Part shown: positions 1 to 8,494 of the stretch, one piece after another
Layout of the letters: each line of letters begins with the position of its first letter
How positions within the stretch are numbered: position 1 is the stretch's first letter
NCBI GenBank assembly: GCA_016192945.1
Contig: JACPTE010000021.1
Coordinates: 3,989-67,988 of the forward strand
DNA length: 64,000 bases
DNA from: Candidatus Woesearchaeota archaeon
Lineage (GTDB): Archaea; Nanobdellota; Nanobdellia; Woesearchaeales; UBA10216
Direction of reading: 5' to 3'
Translations under genes and position numbers: made by a program
Notes under the pieces: model-generated
Told to the model about the DNA's origin: nothing
What the model saw: only the letters and a program-made list of their open reading frames with translations
Database searches by the model: none

Positions 1-2754
1 TGAATTGGTTGAGTCATTCACAGATATATTCAGCCTGACAAAGCTTGAAGCATTAATAACAGCGCTGAAGCTGTTTATTATAGTATCATTCATGTTGCTG
101 GACAGGTTTAGCGCGAGTATATTAGGCAGCGCATTATCAATGATGATTGTCGTGTTTATGTAGCTGGCATTGTAGTTGCCTGCAGCGTCAGTCACGTTAA
201 CAGTGAAAAGCAGTGTGCCGTTGATAAATGCGCTGGTGCTTACATTCGCATACCAGTAATTAGTTCCAGGATTATTAGTCATCAATGATGCAGGGCCTGC
301 CGAGCCGTTAACCCACCAGTAGGAAACATTGGTGACGTTGGTGTCATCGCCCACTGTGTAGTTCAGGACAAATGTGCCTGAAACATTAGAGCCTGTATTG
401 GCTACAGTGTTGCTGGCATTAATCGTAGGCTTCCTTATATCAATAGTGACCTCCAGGGATGTGTTCGCTGAAGTGAAATTCGCCTGGTCTGTCACGTTGA
501 ACATGAACTCCACAATGTTGCCGTGCACAACAGAGAGGTCGTTATTCAGGTCAATAGAGCGGTTGCAGAAGAAATTCGGCGAAGTGCCTGAACAAGAGAG
601 GTTCCTAAATGCTGTCCATGAAGTTAATCCTGCACCCTTCAGCCTGTAGAAGAGCGTAGCATTGGTAAGCTCTGGAACGAAATTTGTCTCTGTCAGGTTG
701 ATGCTGAATACCTGGGCAGTCACAGCAGTCACATACGTCCTGTTGCTCGGATACGGGCTGAAAAGGCTCGGGTATGTGCCATCAGCAGAGATGTTCAATG
801 TAACATTAGTCAGGTTTGAGTTGCCAGCCCAGTCAGTCGCGTTAATGGTTATGTTCACCAGCTGCCCAACCTTGTATGTGTTTGCAGAGATGTTTGAGGC
901 GTTATACTGACCAGATGTGGATTCATTAGTGGCAACCGCCGAGACATTGCTCATGTAATCTGGAGCGCCCTGGCCAGAGCTGTTAATCCAGTACCACTGG
1001 ACACTCTTAATCCTGCTGCCTGAATCATTAACTGAAACATTAAGCGTGAACATACCACTTGGGCTACTAACATTAACCAGGACAGTAAGCATACTCTGGG
1101 GAGCCAGCACAACAAGTGCGGGGGCAATACTGTCAACCCTTATAGTGAAATTTGTCAGGTTTGAGTTGCCAGCCCAGTCTGATGCGTTGACAGTGATGTT
1201 TGTAAGGCCCTGTGCAAAAGTGGAGGTGTCAACAGTTGCGTTGAAATAGCCGTTATTGCCATTGGACGCAGCAGCAGTAGCAGCAGTACCATTGCTAAGA
1301 GCGTTATATGGACCATAGCCAGAGCTGTTAATCCAGTACCACTGGACACTCTTTATTCCTGAGGAGTTCGTAAAGTCATTCACAGAGACATTAAGCAGGA
1401 AACTGCCAGAGATGTTTGCAGAGCCAGTAGTGTTGCTGGCAGGGCTAATTATGCTCGTTATGGGTGCTGAGTTGTCAACAAACACTGTAACATTTATGTA
1501 GCTGAGGTTGACATTGCCTGCAGCGTCAGTCACATTAATAGTCAGGTTAAGCGTGCCGTTCACGAAATCGGTAGTTGAAACATTGGCATAGTAAAAGTTG
1601 GTTGTAGGAATGTTAGTCATCAAAGTGGCAGGGCCTTTGCCTGAAATATTATTCCACCAGTACGACACAGAGCCGATAGCATATTCGTCGCTTACTGTGT
1701 AGTTCAGGACAAATGTGCCGGAAACATTCTGGCCATTCCCCGGGCCGTTTGTAGCGTTAATCCAGGGATTTCTCTGGTCTATTGTGAAAGTCATTGCAGA
1801 GGCAGATGGCGTTCCACCGTTATCAGTGCCATTGGTTCCTGTAAGGTTGCTGTAGTCAGTTGAATTCCACATGAACTCAACAACCCAGCCGTGAGTGATT
1901 CCTCCCAAGATTGATGAAAGGGTGACATTTATGCTGCAATTCAAGTTAGGTGTGCCTGCTGGTGTGTTCAGTGCAGTAGATGACTCATTACCAAATGCAG
2001 CCGTTCCAAAGGTCTCTGGCTGCGCCGAGCTGTTCTTTCCAGTGCCGCCGACACCAATATTATTTGTACACAGGGTAATGTTTGACTTCCAGCTTGTTGT
2101 GCCAGACCTCCTGTACCATACGCTGACGTTCTTGCTCATAACCAGGTTGTGCTCTGTGACATTAGTTGAAAAGAAAAAATTGGCGATGTTGTTCGTGAAA
2201 GTGTTGTTGCCAGGCGAGACATTAAAGAGTTTAGGCTGGACAGCATCAATTCCGAAAGCCCTGAAAGAGGCATTAGAAGTGTTATAAGTTGAGCCAGTTT
2301 CTGACGCATTGACTGAGCAGTACCAGCCAATGGACTGGCCTATAGTGGTAAGGTTGTCCAGACCTGAGAGATTGAATATGACATTAGTGTTGTTGAAGAG
2401 TGTAGTGCCAGTACCAGTGGTATTTGCCAATGACTGGTTTACCCTCCATGTCCCTGTAATGTTTGTCCACAATGAAACATTAGTCATATTGTTGATTCCT
2501 ATGTTTACATCCTGAACCAGAATGTTGCATGCAAGATTTATAGAGCCGTTGGTTGTCCAGCCATAAACCGGGTAAGTGTGAGCTGTGCCGCCATTAGCCG
2601 CGAAAGCCAGGTAAACACCATAAACCATAATGCCAATGATAGTTGCGAGAAGCAGAATGTGCCATATATTCCTTATGCCGGCATTCCTGCTGAAACCAAG
2701 ATTATTGAAAACATTGAGAACATTCCTGCCACCCTTTTTATCAGCCAAAGACAT
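1..2754 (-). CDS. Large cell-surface (S-layer-like) glycoprotein, C-terminus cut by the window edge
   Basis: Not in the supplied ORF track because it has no in-window stop. The reverse strand has ATG at 2754-2752 (MSLADKKGGRNVLNVFNN...), then a hydrophobic signal-anchor IWHILLLATIIGIMVYGVYLAFAA. I hand-translated 2401-2754 without a stop. No ORF is listed in this frame, so it stays open to base 1 (918 codons). Repeated motifs NVTDAAGN, SDWAGNSNLTN and SVQWYWINSSG. N-x-S/T sequons are very dense. Confidence 0.7.
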   Translation of the reverse strand, partial: MSLADKKGGRNVLNVFNNLGFSRNAGIRNIWHILLLATIIGIMVYGVYLAFAANGGTAHTYPVYGWTTNGSINLACNILVQDVNIGINNMTNVSLWTNITGTWRVNQSLANTTGTGTTLFNNTNVIFNLSGLDNLTTIGQSIGWYCSVNASETGSTYNTSNASFRAFGIDAVQPKLFNVSPGNNTFTNNIANFFFSTNVTEHNLVMSKNVSVWYRRSGTTSWKSNITLCTNNIGVGGTGKNSSAQPETFGTAAFGNESSTALNTPAGTPNLNCSINVTLSSILGGITHGWVVEFMWNSTDYSNLTGTNGTDNGGTPSASAMTFTIDQRNPWINATNGPGNGQNVSGTFVLNYTVSDEYAIGSVSYWWNNISGKGPATLMTNIPTTNFYYANVSTTDFVNGTLNLTINVTDAAGNVNLSYINVTVFVDNSAPITSIISPASNTTGSANISGSFLLNVSVNDFTNSSGIKSVQWYWINSSGYGPYNALSNGTAATAAASNGNNGYFNATVDTSTFAQGLTNITVNASDWAGNSNLTNFTIRVDSIAPALVVLAPQSMLTVLVNVSSPSGMFTLNVSVNDSGSRIKSVQWYWINSSGQGAPDYMSNVSAVATNESTSGQYNASNISANTYKVGQLVNITINATDWAGNSNLTNVTLNISADGTYPSLFSPYPSNRTYVTAVTAQVFSINLTETNFVPELTNATLFYRLKGAGLTSWTAFRNLSCSGTSPNFFCNRSIDLNNDLSVVHGNIVEFMFNVTDQANFTSANTSLEVTIDIRKPTINASNTVANTGSNVSGTFVLNYTVGDDTNVTNVSYWWVNGSAGPASLMTNNPGTNYWYANVSTSAFINGTLLFTVNVTDAAGNYNASYINTTIIIDNALPNILALNLSSNMNDTIINSFSAVINASSFVRLNISVNDSTNS

Positions 2755-2853
2755 TATTGAGCCACCCCTTTTCTTAAATCAGGAATAAAAAATCACCCTT
2801 TCGGTTATAAACACCCATTTCTTAAATTTTGATAAGCCAATATTTAAACTTTT

Positions 2854-2907
2854 TGGTTTAAACGCATATTTCTGGTTTAAGTGCGTATTTCAGCATTGGA
2901 AATGCTG
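2854..2907. repeat. Tandem 19-nt direct repeat followed by a 7-bp inverted repeat in a divergent intergenic region
   Basis: TGGTTTAAACGCATATTTC (2854-2872) and TGGTTTAAGTGCGTATTTC (2873-2891) are 16/19 identical and head-to-tail. They are followed by CAGCATT-GGA-AATGCTG (2891-2907). Function unknown. Confidence 0.5.
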
Positions 2908-2967
2908 TTGCGCCTCCAATAACAAATTTTAAGTATAGGCAGGTTTTATTTAAATCTTTCTAATCAG

Positions 2968-3309
2968 ATGCTAAAGAACACCAGCAGGGAGACAACATTA
3001 AGCAGCCATCCTATACTTATACAAAGCATTCTCGGAAAGGCAAAGGGGCTGATGTTCTGCACGAGAGTAATAAACCCTCTGATATTTGTTTTCAGCCGTG
3101 AGCGGGCAATAAGCCTGCACATGATGTTCGTCTTATGTACAATTGATGTCATGCTCCTGGACAGCAATAAAAGGGTGGTTGAGCTGAAAAAGAGCCTCAG
3201 GCCATTCACACTATATAATAGCAGGAAGAGGGCAAGATACGTGATTGAGCTGGCTGAGGGGGAAATAGCGCGGAGCATGACAAGGACAGGGGATAAAATT
3301 TATTTTTAA
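2968..3309 (+). CDS. DUF192 (COG1430) family protein
   Basis: KGLMF...SLHMMFVLCTIDVMLLDSNKRVVEL...LRPF...ARYVIELAEGEIARSMTRTGDKIYF follows the DUF192 pattern RGLM / IHMxFMxxxIDvvFlD / yvLElpaG...vGD as I remember it. A TATA-like TTTTATTTAAAT lies at 2944-2955. Confidence 0.7.
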   Translation: MLKNTSRETTLSSHPILIQSILGKAKGLMFCTRVINPLIFVFSRERAISLHMMFVLCTIDVMLLDSNKRVVELKKSLRPFTLYNSRKRARYVIELAEGEIARSMTRTGDKIYF

Positions 3310-3411
3310 AGTCTTTCTAATGATTATACGAACTATTTCCGAAAAGAAAATATGGCAGAAATATTTATATAGACGACCTGGAGATAACATTACTCTCGGA
3401 AGAAGATTTAA

Positions 3412-3580
3412 GGGGACGTCGTATAAGGGATGAAAATCCGTACAACCTGGCATTATCGCTGGCTCCAGCGATGGAGCGATGAGCCTTGTGCGATGATTGA
3501 TTTATTGGCGATACCAGCTGATCGGAGTGCATGAAAGGTAGTTCTCCTTCATGTCCGAAATTCAAATCTCCGCGTCCCCA
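3412..3580 (+). tRNA. Candidate tRNA-Trp(CCA) interrupted by two or three introns
   Basis: Acceptor stem GGGGACG (3412-3418) / CGTCCCC (3573-3579), 7/7 bp, plus discriminator A3580, then CTTTTTTT. Anticodon arm GCTGG (3458-3462) / CCAGC (3514-3518), giving loop CU-CCA-G..A once 3469-3512 is removed (canonical 37/38 site). The T arm CGGAG (3523-3527) + TTCAAAT (3561-3567) + CTCCG (3568-3572) forms only once 3528-3560 is removed. D stem GTAT/GTAC (3421-3424 / 3440-3443). Unresolved: a 15-nt D loop and 13 extra nt (3445-3457). Confidence 0.55.
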
Positions 3581-3656
3581 CTTTTTTTCCATATACTTCC
3601 CAGAAAATAATAAAAGATTTAAAGAGGCTGCTTGTAAAGAATAGAAAAGAGGACGC

Positions 3657-4811
3657 ATGAAAACCAGATTTTTGGAGTCAATAGCAATTCTTGTCGGAGC
3701 AACCATTGGGGCTGGCATTCTTGGGATACCCTATGTTGTGTCAAAGGCAGGATTCTGGACCGGAATCCTCGTAATACTTGTCCTGGGGGCTGCAACCCTG
3801 CTCATAAACCTGTACATGGGAGAGATAGCCCTGAGAACCAGGGGAAACCACCAACTCGCAGGATATGCTGAAAAATACACAGGCAGGATTGGCAAAAACC
3901 TTGCAAGCTGCTTCATGATACTAGGGATTTATGGCGCGCTGACAGCTTACCTTATCGGTGTTGGAAACTCCGCCTCTGCAATCCTGGGGGGAAACACAAT
4001 CCAGTATTCCCTGATATTCTTCATAATAGTGGGGCTTGTAGTGTGGAGGGGCATAAAATCAATAGGCAAGGCAGAGCTTTTGATAACAGCAGCCCTGATA
4101 CTTGTAGTTATAGCGATTCCAGCATTCTCAGCAGGCAGAATGAGCCTGAATAATTTCAGCGGGTTTGACATATACCGGATAATGATACCATACGGGGTTG
4201 TCCTGTTCGCATTCATGGGAACGCCAGCAATACCTGCAATGAAAGAGGAGCTAAACAGCAACAGGAAGCTCCTCAGGAACGCAATAATAATAGGCACACT
4301 CATACCCCTGGTTGTTTACCTGCTATTCCCTGCGGCAGTCATAGGGCTTCTTGGGAACCTTGACAAGCTTGGCGATGGCGAGAGAATAGCAACAGTTGCG
4401 CTAAGCAGGCATATAAGGCCTGAAATAGGAATACTCGCCAATGCCTTTGCAGTGCTTGCAATGACGACTTCATTCATAGCGTTGAGCTTCGCCCTTGGAA
4501 AGACATTCCAGGAAGACTACAGGCTCAGCAGGAAAAAATCATTTGCGATTACATTTGCTGTGCCGATTTCAATATTCATGATAAACGCATTTGTAAGCGT
4601 CACCAACTTCATCAGCATACTTGCCATTGTAGGGGCTGTGACAGGGGGAATCACAGGAATCCTGATAGTTGCTATGCACTACAAGGCTATCAAATCAGGC
4701 GATAGAAAGCCTGAATATTCAATCCCAAACAACATGCTGATAATGGCAATCCTCATAATTATATTTGCCGCAGGGATACTGAACGAGTTGCTGGGAATAA
4801 TAATCCATTAA
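3657..4811 (+). CDS. Amino-acid permease (AAAP / Trp-Tyr permease-like, ~11 TM)
   Basis: N-terminus ...SIAILVGATIGAGILGIPYVVSKAGF..., typical of amino-acid/auxin and aromatic amino-acid permeases. Hydrophobic throughout. Confidence 0.75.
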   Translation: MKTRFLESIAILVGATIGAGILGIPYVVSKAGFWTGILVILVLGAATLLINLYMGEIALRTRGNHQLAGYAEKYTGRIGKNLASCFMILGIYGALTAYLIGVGNSASAILGGNTIQYSLIFFIIVGLVVWRGIKSIGKAELLITAALILVVIAIPAFSAGRMSLNNFSGFDIYRIMIPYGVVLFAFMGTPAIPAMKEELNSNRKLLRNAIIIGTLIPLVVYLLFPAAVIGLLGNLDKLGDGERIATVALSRHIRPEIGILANAFAVLAMTTSFIALSFALGKTFQEDYRLSRKKSFAITFAVPISIFMINAFVSVTNFISILAIVGAVTGGITGILIVAMHYKAIKSGDRKPEYSIPNNMLIMAILIIIFAAGILNELLGIIIH

Positions 4812-4830
4812 CCAGAAAAATCGTTATAGC

Positions 4831-6276
4831 CTATTCCTTCTTTTTCATCCTTTCGCTCAGCTCAAGAATGAATATTATCACTGCAAGGATTACAAATCCT
4901 GCCAGGAAATATGCATAATAATCAACAATGAACGACCTGGCCATTGAAAAAGCCCCTGATGCAGGCGAGCTGGAAAGATTTCCCGGAGAGGAGGTTATGC
5001 TCAGGTTTGAGGAAGACTTATTCAGGGAGAATAAGGAAAAAAAGCCTTTCAGGCTGCCTGAAATGTTCAGCCCAGGGCCTGATGGGCTGGCATTCTGGGA
5101 TGGAGCTGCTGGAGCGGCAGGAGGCGGAGCAACAACACCAGCATTGGCTGAATCATTCCTGTAAAGGAATGAGAAAAAATTCAAAGAATCATTGATAGAA
5201 TAATTATTCCTGGAATAGTTTGAGCTGCTCTGGTTTATACCGACAGCCACAGGGCCGAACACCATCATGAAGACTGCTGACACTGCTATCATTGCAGCAA
5301 GTATTAAGAGGATGATGCTGACTAAATTCCAATCCTCCCTGCCTTGTTCAGCCTCATCTTTCAAGGGGAATCTTTTCGCCCATCTGTATTGCCTACCTGA
5401 ATCAGCTGCTGATGGCCTTTTCCTGTCAATCAGCATGGAAGCCTCTTTCTTTGATGAAAGCCTGAATACCGCAACAACCACCAGAAGAATTGCCAGAACA
5501 GCCGGGAAATACAAAAGGGAATCTGAAAGGTATTTCACAGCACCTGAGCCAGAATCCCTCTTGAGCGCTGAAACATTCCCTGAACAGGAAGCGTTTATCA
5601 TCATTGCAAGGCGCACTTTTTCAGAAAACCTGCTTCGCTCCCCATTCACAATCAAGTCAAAAGAGCCGGGCTTTGCATCGCAGGCAGGTGTTGCAAACAC
5701 GCTGACAAGCCCTGTTTCCCCCGAAGCCAAATCCGCCTTTTCAGGAATGACATAAGCATAATCAGATGGCAGGCCGGCAACTGAGAAGGAAAAAGTGTCA
5801 GAATAGCTGCCTGTGTTGTTAATCACAAGCCCGTATGAAAGCGTGCTGCACCTGCAGCCGGAATTATTGGCAGCAGCAACATAAACATCCATGTTCCTGC
5901 AGCCTGAAACCCTCACAGACTGCTTCAGGACCTTTAGCTCGTTATAATTCGTCCTTATTTCAAGCGAAAGGGGATAAACGCCATCACTGCCGCAGGGTGC
6001 GCTTATAAACTCTGAGACAACAGACTCCTCCCCTGGCCCGAGAATGAAGCTTGAGGGATAAACAGAAATAAACCCTGATGCCTCACCACCTGGTGACAGG
6101 AAAAAAGCCCTTGAGGAATCCCCGTAGTTCCTGAAGAAAACCCTCTGCTCAGAAACGCTGCAGCCGCATACGCTGCTTACAGATTCGGAATACGCTGTGA
6201 AATCAGGCGCAGCGGATGCTATGCCTGCGAACAAAATTAGCAAAAACAACGCTGGAATAAAGCCTTTTCTCAACAT
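4831..6276 (-). CDS. Hypothetical secreted/membrane-anchored surface protein
   Basis: Track ORF is 4831..6348. I prefer ATG 6276 (MLRKGFIPALFLLILFAGIASA, signal-like), which has GGGGGTG about 8 nt upstream. Cys-containing extracellular domains, internal TM segments, and a Pro/Ala/Ser tail with N-x-S/T sites. No family recognised. Confidence 0.6.
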   Translation of the reverse strand: MLRKGFIPALFLLILFAGIASAAPDFTAYSESVSSVCGCSVSEQRVFFRNYGDSSRAFFLSPGGEASGFISVYPSSFILGPGEESVVSEFISAPCGSDGVYPLSLEIRTNYNELKVLKQSVRVSGCRNMDVYVAAANNSGCRCSTLSYGLVINNTGSYSDTFSFSVAGLPSDYAYVIPEKADLASGETGLVSVFATPACDAKPGSFDLIVNGERSRFSEKVRLAMMINASCSGNVSALKRDSGSGAVKYLSDSLLYFPAVLAILLVVVAVFRLSSKKEASMLIDRKRPSAADSGRQYRWAKRFPLKDEAEQGREDWNLVSIILLILAAMIAVSAVFMMVFGPVAVGINQSSSNYSRNNYSINDSLNFFSFLYRNDSANAGVVAPPPAAPAAPSQNASPSGPGLNISGSLKGFFSLFSLNKSSSNLSITSSPGNLSSSPASGAFSMARSFIVDYYAYFLAGFVILAVIIFILELSERMKKKE

Positions 6277-6351
6277 CAAAGCACACCCCCGGAAAACTGA
6301 ATTCCGGAAATCCTTATAGGAAACAAGTTGCCCAAAAAGAAAAAACAACAG

Positions 6352-7668
6352 CTAATAATATGTTTTCGGCTCCCCGCTGCTATCCTCTTCTTCATCTTTG
6401 CCTTTCATTCTGTTGACGATTACCAATAGTGCTACCAGCACAAGAAGCGCAACAAGAACAATAAGCCCAATCTCAAGGTAGCGCTTTACTCCCCCGCCAA
6501 TGCCAATTCCCTGCTGTTCTGAGGCTGTATTGCTGCTGCTGACAATGGCTTTCATATTGACCTGCTCCAATACGCGGCCAGACTGGTCTTTTATTGAAAC
6601 AGCAAACATCCTTTCGCCAACAGGGGCATCAGGGCCTGCTGACACATACAGCGAGACAGTCTTGATTTCGCCAGCACCTGTCACAACAACATTGCTTGGG
6701 CTGAACCTTGATGTTGCCCAGCTGTCAAGCCCGTCAACAGACAATGTGTATGTCTTTGAAGTTGAGCCTGCATTATTAATAGTTATCGGATAAACCCCGC
6801 CAATCCCGCCGGCGACCAAAGTCTGGGGCTCGCTGCTCACGATGACAAAAGCCTTCTCATCAACAGCCTTGGGGCATGTATCACTGCCAACAACATCCAC
6901 CAGCTTTGTTGAAGTCACCTTATCAAAGCCCTCATTATACTCAACTGTAACCCTCACATTATAACCAGCAGGCTTTGCACAGGCAGGAATTCTCAAGAAA
7001 AGCTGCTCTGAGGATGTGCTTTCCCCACCCTCAATCTTGTCAATGAAGTCAGATGACGAAACTCCCAAATCAGGGATGCCTGCCTTTATCTTGATGCCCT
7101 CCTCATCCTGCTGGCCCATGTTCTTGATCCTCACTACCAATGACAATGTCCTGCCAGCGATGACAGATTCCGGGCTTAATGCCACATCCTTTATAACCAA
7201 ATTATGCCTTGGAACATCCACCTTAAGCCTGTAATTCTGGACAAGCTCATCCCCGTTCCTGTCTGTAACCAGAATCCTCAAAAGATAATCATCCTCCTGT
7301 GCAAGCTCAGAAAGCCTTAACTTAAGTATCTTGACATAAGTAACACCATTCTCAACATCAAACAACGGTGTAACGTCTGAGATTGGGTTATCCCTGTTGA
7401 ACTCAAAGCCGCTTATGAAGGCGTGAATCTCAACATCAGAGCCGTTTGAAATTCCTGAAGCCCTTACCTTTACATTGAAATCCTGGCCTCTTACCATGTC
7501 AAGCCTGTTTGAATCAGAAGTAAAAACCTCATCGCCGTTTACCTCAACACTATCTATAACTACAGGCACTGCGTGGGCAGCAGCCGAAAAAATCACCATG
7601 AAAACAGCCATTAAGAACAAACCAGCCAAAGATTTTTTGTTCATATTACCCATACCCCCAAAAGTCAT
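6352..7668 (-). CDS. CARDB-like S-layer/surface protein with C-terminal TM anchor
   Basis: Signal-like KKSLAGLFLMAVFMVIFSAAAHA (probable true start ATG 7644). CARDB-like stretch NLVIKDVALSPESVIAGRTLSLVVRIKNMGQQDEEG. C-terminal LIVLVALLVLVALLVIV followed by an acidic tail. Confidence 0.6.
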   Translation of the reverse strand: MTFGGMGNMNKKSLAGLFLMAVFMVIFSAAAHAVPVVIDSVEVNGDEVFTSDSNRLDMVRGQDFNVKVRASGISNGSDVEIHAFISGFEFNRDNPISDVTPLFDVENGVTYVKILKLRLSELAQEDDYLLRILVTDRNGDELVQNYRLKVDVPRHNLVIKDVALSPESVIAGRTLSLVVRIKNMGQQDEEGIKIKAGIPDLGVSSSDFIDKIEGGESTSSEQLFLRIPACAKPAGYNVRVTVEYNEGFDKVTSTKLVDVVGSDTCPKAVDEKAFVIVSSEPQTLVAGGIGGVYPITINNAGSTSKTYTLSVDGLDSWATSRFSPSNVVVTGAGEIKTVSLYVSAGPDAPVGERMFAVSIKDQSGRVLEQVNMKAIVSSSNTASEQQGIGIGGGVKRYLEIGLIVLVALLVLVALLVIVNRMKGKDEEEDSSGEPKTYY

Positions 7669-7798
7669 TCAAAACTGTTGCGATAACGATTTGATTTCAA
7701 ACGGATTGAACGCGTCTTATATATAAACTTTTCGTTCTTTTAGCATACAATAGTAGTTACAATAAATCTTTACTTAGTAATAATTATTTTTCTGTAAT

Positions 7799-8494
7799 CT
7801 AACACCTGTCCTTAACAGTGAACTCCAGATATTTAGTCCGCCTTAACATGCCGTTCTTTGCAGTAACCGCCAAATCATAAATCCCCGGCTGTGTGTTTGG
7901 GGGAACCTCAAACAGAATTGCTGCTGTTTTTGACTCGCCAGCCTTCAAGCTGAACGGCCCTGCCTGCCTCTGGTAATCCAGCTCAAGCGAAACTGCGCTG
8001 ACAGTCAAGTCCTTCTGGGGATATACATCAAGGTTCTTCAGCGTTATGAAAGCAGTATCTTCCACACCAGGCATTATGCAGTCTGGAAGGGCAACCTGCT
8101 CAACCATCAAAGCCTGCCTCGGAATGACTATCCTTTCAGGCAATTTCACGTCAACAGTCCAGGACTGGGTGGATGCAAGAACCCCATCTGAGGCTGCCAG
8201 AGTGAATGAATTCAGCCCAAGCTGGTTCCTGTTTGGCTTCCAAGTGACAAAGCCTGTTGCAGGGTCTATGTCTGCTCCCTCAGGCTTTTCAGTCAATGAG
8301 AATGTAACTGCATCACCATCAGGGTCTATCGCGTGAGCAGCGTAGCCATACGTTGCTTTAAAGCTTGTCAGGTCAGGCTCAACAAGCTCTGTAGCGGGTG
8401 TTGATGTTATCCTTGGCGACCGGTCAGTATTACTGACAACAATGCTAATAGTCTCCGAATCAGACAACACACCATCACTCACAGCAAAAGACAC
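7799..8494 (-). CDS. C-terminal segment of the disrupted adhesin (cadherin/He_PIG-like Ig repeat + CARDB-like domain)
   Basis: Begins inside a repeat (..SFAVSDGVLSDSETISIVV..) that continues the upstream ORF in another frame. No signal peptide of its own. Contains AIDPDGDAVTFSL..ADIDPATGFVTWKP (Ig-like). Confidence 0.55.
   Translation of the reverse strand: MSFAVSDGVLSDSETISIVVSNTDRSPRITSTPATELVEPDLTSFKATYGYAAHAIDPDGDAVTFSLTEKPEGADIDPATGFVTWKPNRNQLGLNSFTLAASDGVLASTQSWTVDVKLPERIVIPRQALMVEQVALPDCIMPGVEDTAFITLKNLDVYPQKDLTVSAVSLELDYQRQAGPFSLKAGESKTAAILFEVPPNTQPGIYDLAVTAKNGMLRRTKYLEFTVKDRC

Noticed and set aside
2964-3278. 104-aa minus-strand ORF antisense to the DUF192 gene
   Set aside because: The plus-strand ORF carries the DUF192 signature. 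The antisense ORF is a shadow with no motif.
3469-3512. Box C/D guide RNA inside the tRNA-Trp intron, as in the Haloferax pre-tRNA-Trp
   Set aside because: Two GCGATGA copies (3476-3482 and 3490-3496) and CTGA (3518-3521) are present. However, the C-like boxes are only 7 nt apart, there is no room for 10-12 nt guides, and the boxes are imperfect (CGAUGA rather than UGAUGA).
3211-3718. Track ORFs 3211..3453 (-) and 3365..3718 (-) covering the tRNA candidate and the permease start
   Set aside because: They have no recognisable motifs. They overlap a much better explained RNA structure and the 5' end of the permease gene. Their protein sequences are low-information.
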